The notes under the pieces: model-generated
Databases searched by the model: none
Seen by the model: only the letters and a program-made list of their open reading frames with translations
What the model was told of the DNA's origin: nothing
Origin: a bacterium
GTDB taxonomy: Bacteria; UBA8248
DNA length: 64,000 bases
Assembly (NCBI GenBank): GCA_965261085.1
Contig: OZ253442.1
Location: 1,984,001 to 2,048,000 of the forward strand
Direction: 5' to 3'
Translations under genes and position numbers: made by a program
Part shown: one piece after another, positions 58,891 through 64,000 of the stretch
Numbering within the stretch: the first letter of the stretch is position 1
How the letters are laid out: each line of letters opens with the position of its first letter

Positions 58891-60837
58891 TCACACCGCC
58901 TCCCTGATGGCGTCCAGGTGCGCGGGGTTTTCGAGCGAGTTCAGGTCCATGTGGTCCACAGGCTCGCCCAGATAGACTTTCTTGATGGCGTTGCGCACGA
59001 TTTTAGCCGATCGCGTCTTGGGCAGGGCTTTGACGAACCTGACCTCATCGGGCCTCAAGCTCTTGCCGAGATATTCGACCGCCTGATCTTTCAGCTCCTC
59101 GCGCAGGGCGTCGCTCGGCTGATAGGAGTCGTGCATGACGACGAAGCAAGTCAAGCCTTCTCCCTTCACCGGGTGCGGCGTTCCCACGACGGCGGCCTCG
59201 ATGACGCCGGGGTGCTTGATGAGTTCCGATTCGATTTCGTTGGGGCCCACGCGCTTGCCCGATACCTTGATGGTGTCGTCCGAGCGGCCGTAGAGATACC
59301 AGAGCCCCTTCTCGTCCACCTTGGCCCAGTCGCCGTGGTACCACACGCCCTCCCAGCGCGAGAAATAGGTCTCGAGGTAGCGTTCGGGCTCCTTCCAGAA
59401 ACCGTTGGTGAGCGAGGGAATGGGCTGTTTGAGCACGAGGTGGCCCACCTCGCCGCGAACCGGCTTGGCGTCTTCGCCGAACACGTCGGTGTCCGTGCCC
59501 ATGGAGGGGCCGCCCACCGTGCAAGGTGCGAGTTCCATGACGGGCAGGGGTTGTAAGAGGCAGGCGCCTATTTCCGTGCCGCCCGATATGTTCATGACGG
59601 GGCACCGCCCGCCGCCCACCTTGTTGAAATACCACATGTAGGATTCCGGGTCCCAGGGTTCGCCCGTGGAGCCGAGCACCCTGAGCGAAGAAAGATCGTG
59701 GTTTTCCACCCACTCATCGCCCGCGCTTATCAGCACGCGCACCGCCGTGGGCGAAAGGCCCAGGTGGGTGACCCCGTGTTTGGCGATGATTCGCCACAGC
59801 CTGTCGGGCGTGGGGTGGTTCGGCACGCTCTCGTACAGCAGGCACGAATGGCCGCTGAAGTGAGAGCCCACGAGTTCATAAGGCGCCATGACCCACCCGA
59901 AGTCCGTGACCCAGAAGACCGTGTCGCCGTCTCGCATGTCGAGGCAATACTTGAGTTCGCGACCCGGGCCGCTCATGAGGCCCGCGTGGGTGTAGACGGT
60001 GCCCTTGGGCTTGCCGGTGGTGCCCGAGGTGTACATGATCATCGAGACGGCGTCGGAGGGAAGGCGCGCCGTTTCGGCTTCGGTTGATTTTCCCGCAACA
60101 AACTCGTCCCAGGTGACGTCGCGTCCTTCCTTCATGGGAACGGCGTCGCCCGAGCGCTCGAGGACGACCACTTTTTCGACCTTCGTGCCGCGCTCGAGCG
60201 CTGCATCCACCGTGCCCTTCAGGGGAACCTTCTTGCCCCGGCGGACGGCGCCGTCCACCGTGAAGAGAATGCGCGCTTCTGCGTGTATGAGGCGTTCGGC
60301 CAGACCCTCGGGGCCGAAGCCCGAAAACACGGGCAGCACGGCCACCCCCGTCTTGAAGCACGCATACATGACGATGGCGGCTTCAGGCACCATGGGGAGG
60401 AACACGCCCGCCACGTCGCCGGGTTTGAGGCCCATCTCGCGCATGGCGTTCGCAAGACGTGAGACCTCCGCTGAGAGTTCGGCGTAGGTGAACGTGCGCG
60501 CTTCGCCCCCGTCGCTCTCCCAGACGAGCGCGGTCTGATCCTTGCGGCCGCCCTCCACGTGGCGGTCGATGCAGTTCAAGACGATGTTCGTCTCCCCGCC
60601 GATGAACCACTTCGCCCACGGGAAGCCGCCGCTCAGGTCGAGAAGCTCATCATAAGGCCTGTACCATTCAAGCCCCATGTCTTCGAGCACGATCTCCCAG
60701 AAGCGCCGGATGTCCTCGACCGACCACCTGAGAAACTCGCGGTAATCCGAGATGCCGAGCTTTTTCATCAGCTTGGCGACGTGGCTGTTCGTCAGAAAAT
60801 CCTCATCCGGCCGCCAAATGATGTCCGAGGCGTTCAC
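58891..60837 (-). CDS. Acetyl-CoA-synthetase-like AMP-binding enzyme, paralogue
   Basis: Same motifs as 56038-57984; GTG start after SD GGAGGG. Confidence 0.92.
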   Translation of the reverse strand: MNASDIIWRPDEDFLTNSHVAKLMKKLGISDYREFLRWSVEDIRRFWEIVLEDMGLEWYRPYDELLDLSGGFPWAKWFIGGETNIVLNCIDRHVEGGRKDQTALVWESDGGEARTFTYAELSAEVSRLANAMREMGLKPGDVAGVFLPMVPEAAIVMYACFKTGVAVLPVFSGFGPEGLAERLIHAEARILFTVDGAVRRGKKVPLKGTVDAALERGTKVEKVVVLERSGDAVPMKEGRDVTWDEFVAGKSTEAETARLPSDAVSMIMYTSGTTGKPKGTVYTHAGLMSGPGRELKYCLDMRDGDTVFWVTDFGWVMAPYELVGSHFSGHSCLLYESVPNHPTPDRLWRIIAKHGVTHLGLSPTAVRVLISAGDEWVENHDLSSLRVLGSTGEPWDPESYMWYFNKVGGGRCPVMNISGGTEIGACLLQPLPVMELAPCTVGGPSMGTDTDVFGEDAKPVRGEVGHLVLKQPIPSLTNGFWKEPERYLETYFSRWEGVWYHGDWAKVDEKGLWYLYGRSDDTIKVSGKRVGPNEIESELIKHPGVIEAAVVGTPHPVKGEGLTCFVVMHDSYQPSDALREELKDQAVEYLGKSLRPDEVRFVKALPKTRSAKIVRNAIKKVYLGEPVDHMDLNSLENPAHLDAIREAV

Positions 60838-60853
60838 TTGAATGTACCCTCCG

Positions 60854-61669
60854 CTATTTTCTGGCGTTATCGTTCGTCCACACCTTGAAACCATGCGCGA
60901 CGTACTCATCGACCACGCCCCACTTGCCGGCCTCGACCTTCGCCGGTGGGTCGTGTTCACCCGCGGCCACTTCTTCCGCGAACTGCGCCATTCGCCCGAT
61001 GATGGCGATATCCTCGCACGGGTCGGTATGGCCCGAGCAGACGAATTTCGCGTCGTTTTCTTCCGCGATTTTATCGAGCCTCCGCATCGAAGGCCCGTAT
61101 TCGGACAAGACGGCCGTGGGAACCTGAATGAACAGCGGCTGGCCGGGTTTTACGAGGTCACCCGAGATCAAGACGCGCTCTTTCTCGTCATACAAGGAGA
61201 TGCTGCAGGGCGAGTGGCCCGGCGTGTCGTAGACCTGAATTTTTCTGCCCCCAAGGTCGATTGTATCGCCTTCGGACACCGCCCAGCCGAACTTTCCGGG
61301 CGGTATGGTGAAGGTGTCGGGGTCGAACCCTTCGGGAAAAGGTTTACCGTCCCAGGTTTTTACGAAATCCCGGCAACCCGCGGTGTAGTCGTTCGCGAGC
61401 TTGTCCTTGCCGTTGGGGTGAACGCCCACCGCCTCCCATTCATGTGCCGCGCCCACGTGATCCCAGTGCGTGTGGGTGAGCACGTGCTCCACAGGCAGAT
61501 CGGTAATGGACTCGCATAGCCTGCGCACGCCGCCCACGCCGATTCCGCCGTCGAGCGAGAGGGCCTTTTCCTCTCCGACGAGCAGGAACATGTTCCACCG
61601 CCCGGCTTCTGATATCTGATAGGTGTCCGGCGCGAACTCGATGACCTCATACCAGCCTTGCGTATCCAT
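60854..61669 (-). CDS. MBL-fold metallo-hydrolase
   Basis: THTHWDHVG, TPGHS, SGD; start MDTQGW. Confidence 0.88.
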   Translation of the reverse strand: MDTQGWYEVIEFAPDTYQISEAGRWNMFLLVGEEKALSLDGGIGVGGVRRLCESITDLPVEHVLTHTHWDHVGAAHEWEAVGVHPNGKDKLANDYTAGCRDFVKTWDGKPFPEGFDPDTFTIPPGKFGWAVSEGDTIDLGGRKIQVYDTPGHSPCSISLYDEKERVLISGDLVKPGQPLFIQVPTAVLSEYGPSMRRLDKIAEENDAKFVCSGHTDPCEDIAIIGRMAQFAEEVAAGEHDPPAKVEAGKWGVVDEYVAHGFKVWTNDNARK

Positions 61670-61688
61670 GGCGTCTCGTCTATTCGGG

Positions 61689-62510
61689 TTACTTTCTCGC
61701 GTGATCCTGAATCCACACCTTGGCGCGGGGGAACACGTATTCATCCACCTCGCCCCACGCGCCGCCGTCCACCTTGGCGGGCGGGTCGTACTTGCCCGCT
61801 TCGAGATCCTCCATGTTCTGCGCCAACTCGCCGATGATGGAGGAGTCCGGGTAGGGGTCGGTGTGGCCCGAGGTGATCCAGCGCACCTCGTTCTCCGCGG
61901 CGACTTTCTCGAGTTTGCGCAGTGAGGGAGCGTAGTCGGAGAGCACCGCCGTGGGCACCTGGAGGAAGAGGTATTCCTCACAGCGAATCAGGTCGCCCGA
62001 GACGAGAATTTTCTCGCGCTCATCGTAGAGCGAGATGCTGCAAGGCGAGTGTCCGGGCGTCTCATACACGTGGAACTTCCTGTTGCCCAGGTCGAAGGTA
62101 TCGCCCTCTTCGAGCGTCCAGCCGAACGTGGCGGGCTTGATGGTGTAGGCCGCCTCGTCGAACCACTCGGGGAAGGTGTTTCCGTTGTTCTTCCACATGT
62201 TCAAAAAACCCTGCTCCAGTTTCGATAAATCGTTGGCGAGCAGGGTTTCGCCGACCGGGTGAACGCCCACCTTCTCCCATTGCGAGGCCGCCCCCACGTG
62301 GTCCCAGTGCGTGTGGGTGAGGATGAAGTCGATGGGCTTGTCCGTGATGCTCTCGTAGAGTTTCCTTAAGTTTCCGATGCCGATGCCGCCGTCGATGGCG
62401 ACCGCCTTGTCGTCTCCCACCAGGAGGAGCATGTTGAACCTGCCGCCCTCGGTGATTTGGTAGCTGCCCGGTGCGAATTCATTGACGGAATACCAGTCCT
62501 GGGTTTCCAT
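61689..62510 (-). CDS. MBL-fold metallo-hydrolase, paralogue
   Basis: THTHWDHVG, TPGHS. Confidence 0.9.
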   Translation of the reverse strand: METQDWYSVNEFAPGSYQITEGGRFNMLLLVGDDKAVAIDGGIGIGNLRKLYESITDKPIDFILTHTHWDHVGAASQWEKVGVHPVGETLLANDLSKLEQGFLNMWKNNGNTFPEWFDEAAYTIKPATFGWTLEEGDTFDLGNRKFHVYETPGHSPCSISLYDEREKILVSGDLIRCEEYLFLQVPTAVLSDYAPSLRKLEKVAAENEVRWITSGHTDPYPDSSIIGELAQNMEDLEAGKYDPPAKVDGGAWGEVDEYVFPRAKVWIQDHARK

Positions 62511-62714
62511 GGAAGCGCCTTTCTGCTTGAGGGATAAGAATTCGTTCGCCTTTCGATGGGGGCGTCCTCGCCCCTGCCATCGGTACGAATAGATGGTCTT
62601 AATCTAGCCCCATTGCCCCGCGCGAATCAAGCGAGGGCGCGGTTGGCTTAATTTAGAAATGTTGATGGTGGCATACGCCTATGCTAAAGTGTTAATGAGT
62701 GATGGATAGATGAA

Positions 62715-63038
62715 ATGCCTCGTTTTCTAGTCACAAGGAGTGAGAACATGGAGTTGCAATTTTTAGACGAACGTCCTATCAGTGTGCAGAACACAGCCAG
62801 AGTGTATCAATTTGAAGATTGCAAAGTATATCGGATAGATGGTTTTGATTATATAGAAACTAAAGATACAGTATCGTGTGCGAAGCGTCATTTTCCCCCA
62901 CTTGGATACGACCCCTGCCCTAAATGCAATCCACTAAATGATGTACATGAGGACGGAAGGTCATTAGACCCAGTCTGCCGTGTTTGTTCTCATTGCGGTG
63001 GTAGTGCAATCGTACGAAGCAACAAACCGCTGTTTTAG
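62715..63038 (+). CDS. AT-rich Cys-rich orphan protein
   Basis: CPKC and CRVCSHC; candidate promoter TTGATG-17-TAAAGT at 62662-62690. Confidence 0.5.
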   Translation: MPRFLVTRSENMELQFLDERPISVQNTARVYQFEDCKVYRIDGFDYIETKDTVSCAKRHFPPLGYDPCPKCNPLNDVHEDGRSLDPVCRVCSHCGGSAIVRSNKPLF

Positions 63039-63095
63039 CTTGTCCTAATATACTTTTCTGCCCCTAAGCTTCTCCCCTGAATAGCATTCCCGACC

Positions 63096-64000
63096 TCAGC
63101 CCTTGAATACGGGCGTCGGCTGGCTGAAAAACCGCTCGATGAGATAATAGACCAAACGATGGTTTTTCTCCTGGAGGCTGGCGTGGGCGATGCCGGGCAT
63201 CATGACGAACTGCTTGTCCGGGTTCGGCAGCAACTTGAAGAATTCCAGCAGATCATCGAGATGGGCGATTCCGTCGAACTGCCCGCGCGTAATCATCACC
63301 GAAGCGGTGATTTTTTTGGGGTTCACCAGGGGCAGGCGCTCGCACATGTCGATATACGTGCCGTTGGGGATGGTGTCGTCGAGCGCGCAGATCGCTTTTG
63401 CGTATTCATCTATGACGTCGCGGTACGCCGTGCCGGGATGATCGCGCGTGAAGATGCTCTTGATGAAAGCCGGATCGACGGGTCTTCTCGACGTGGAAGC
63501 CACGCCTTCGAATCGCTTGCTTCTCTCCTTGAGCGTGGGGCTTCCTTCGCCCGTCCACACGAAGGCGTCGAGAATCAGCCGCTTCACCCGCCTTGGGTTT
63601 TTCTGCGCGAACAAAGCGGCTCGCAGCGCGCCGGATGAAATGCCGTAGAGGTGAAGCGCGCTCGCCTTGCCGACTCGCCGTATCTCGTTCGCCGCCGCCA
63701 GGAGGTCCCTTGCGCCGCGCTCGACGCCGCAGGAGACACGCCTGGTTTTGGTGGATCTGCCGTAACCCTCGCAATCCACGCACCAGACGTCGTAGCCGCG
63801 CTCGGCGAGATAGTCCATCAAGGAGTATTCGGGCCGGCTTTTCACCTGGAGATCGAATGTGGGCGTGGAGGCCATGGATGAGCCGTGCGCGAGGAGCACG
63901 GCGCCTTGCGGCTTTGCCGGCCCCGCTTTTCGCTTTCTCCACAAGAACAAATCGGCCCCGTCGTGATGCGCCCAATGTTCGGTGCCCGTGATTTTTGTTT
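63096..64000 (-). CDS. Alpha/beta hydrolase (5' end outside window)
   Basis: HGSS, GYDVW..D.EGYGRS, GISSG; frame open to window end. Confidence 0.88.
   Translation of the reverse strand, partial: TKITGTEHWAHHDGADLFLWRKRKAGPAKPQGAVLLAHGSSMASTPTFDLQVKSRPEYSLMDYLAERGYDVWCVDCEGYGRSTKTRRVSCGVERGARDLLAAANEIRRVGKASALHLYGISSGALRAALFAQKNPRRVKRLILDAFVWTGEGSPTLKERSKRFEGVASTSRRPVDPAFIKSIFTRDHPGTAYRDVIDEYAKAICALDDTIPNGTYIDMCERLPLVNPKKITASVMITRGQFDGIAHLDDLLEFFKLLPNPDKQFVMMPGIAHASLQEKNHRLVYYLIERFFSQPTPVFKG

Overview
GC-rich bacterial chromosome segment. The gene content and repeats suggest an uncultured, possibly Nitrospinota/Tectomicrobia-like marine or sponge-associated lineage (weak inference). Core blocks: def, tRNA-Leu(GAG), Opp/Dpp-type ABC components, gap-pgk-tpiA-secG, hydantoinase/oxoprolinase A/B, pgi, rimI, cvpA, aroA, tenA, tag, and a catabolic operon of doubled paralogues. 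Accessory DNA is interleaved: three VapBC-type TA pairs, an intact IS1182, a complete 2-hydroxyisobutyrate operon (hcmB-hcl-meaH-hcmA), an inositol-3-phosphate synthase-methyltransferase fusion, and AT-richer defence-like genes (TIR + Zn-ribbon pair, PD-(D/E)xK nucleases). The most unusual signals are non-coding. (i) A dispersed ~30-bp 7-13-7 palindromic motif (CAATCCC-N13-GGGATTG-ACC) occurs in at least six copies, mostly at accessory-DNA borders; one copy is split by IS1182 and two are tandemly amplified. (ii) Two integrase-less islets are bounded by diverged ~90-95-bp duplications of host gene ends. (iii) A REP-in-MITE-in-REP nest. (iv) A mirror-symmetric pair of composite boundary elements flanks a 5-kb block of housekeeping-type genes. 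All family assignments come from motif recognition by eye, not from database searches.
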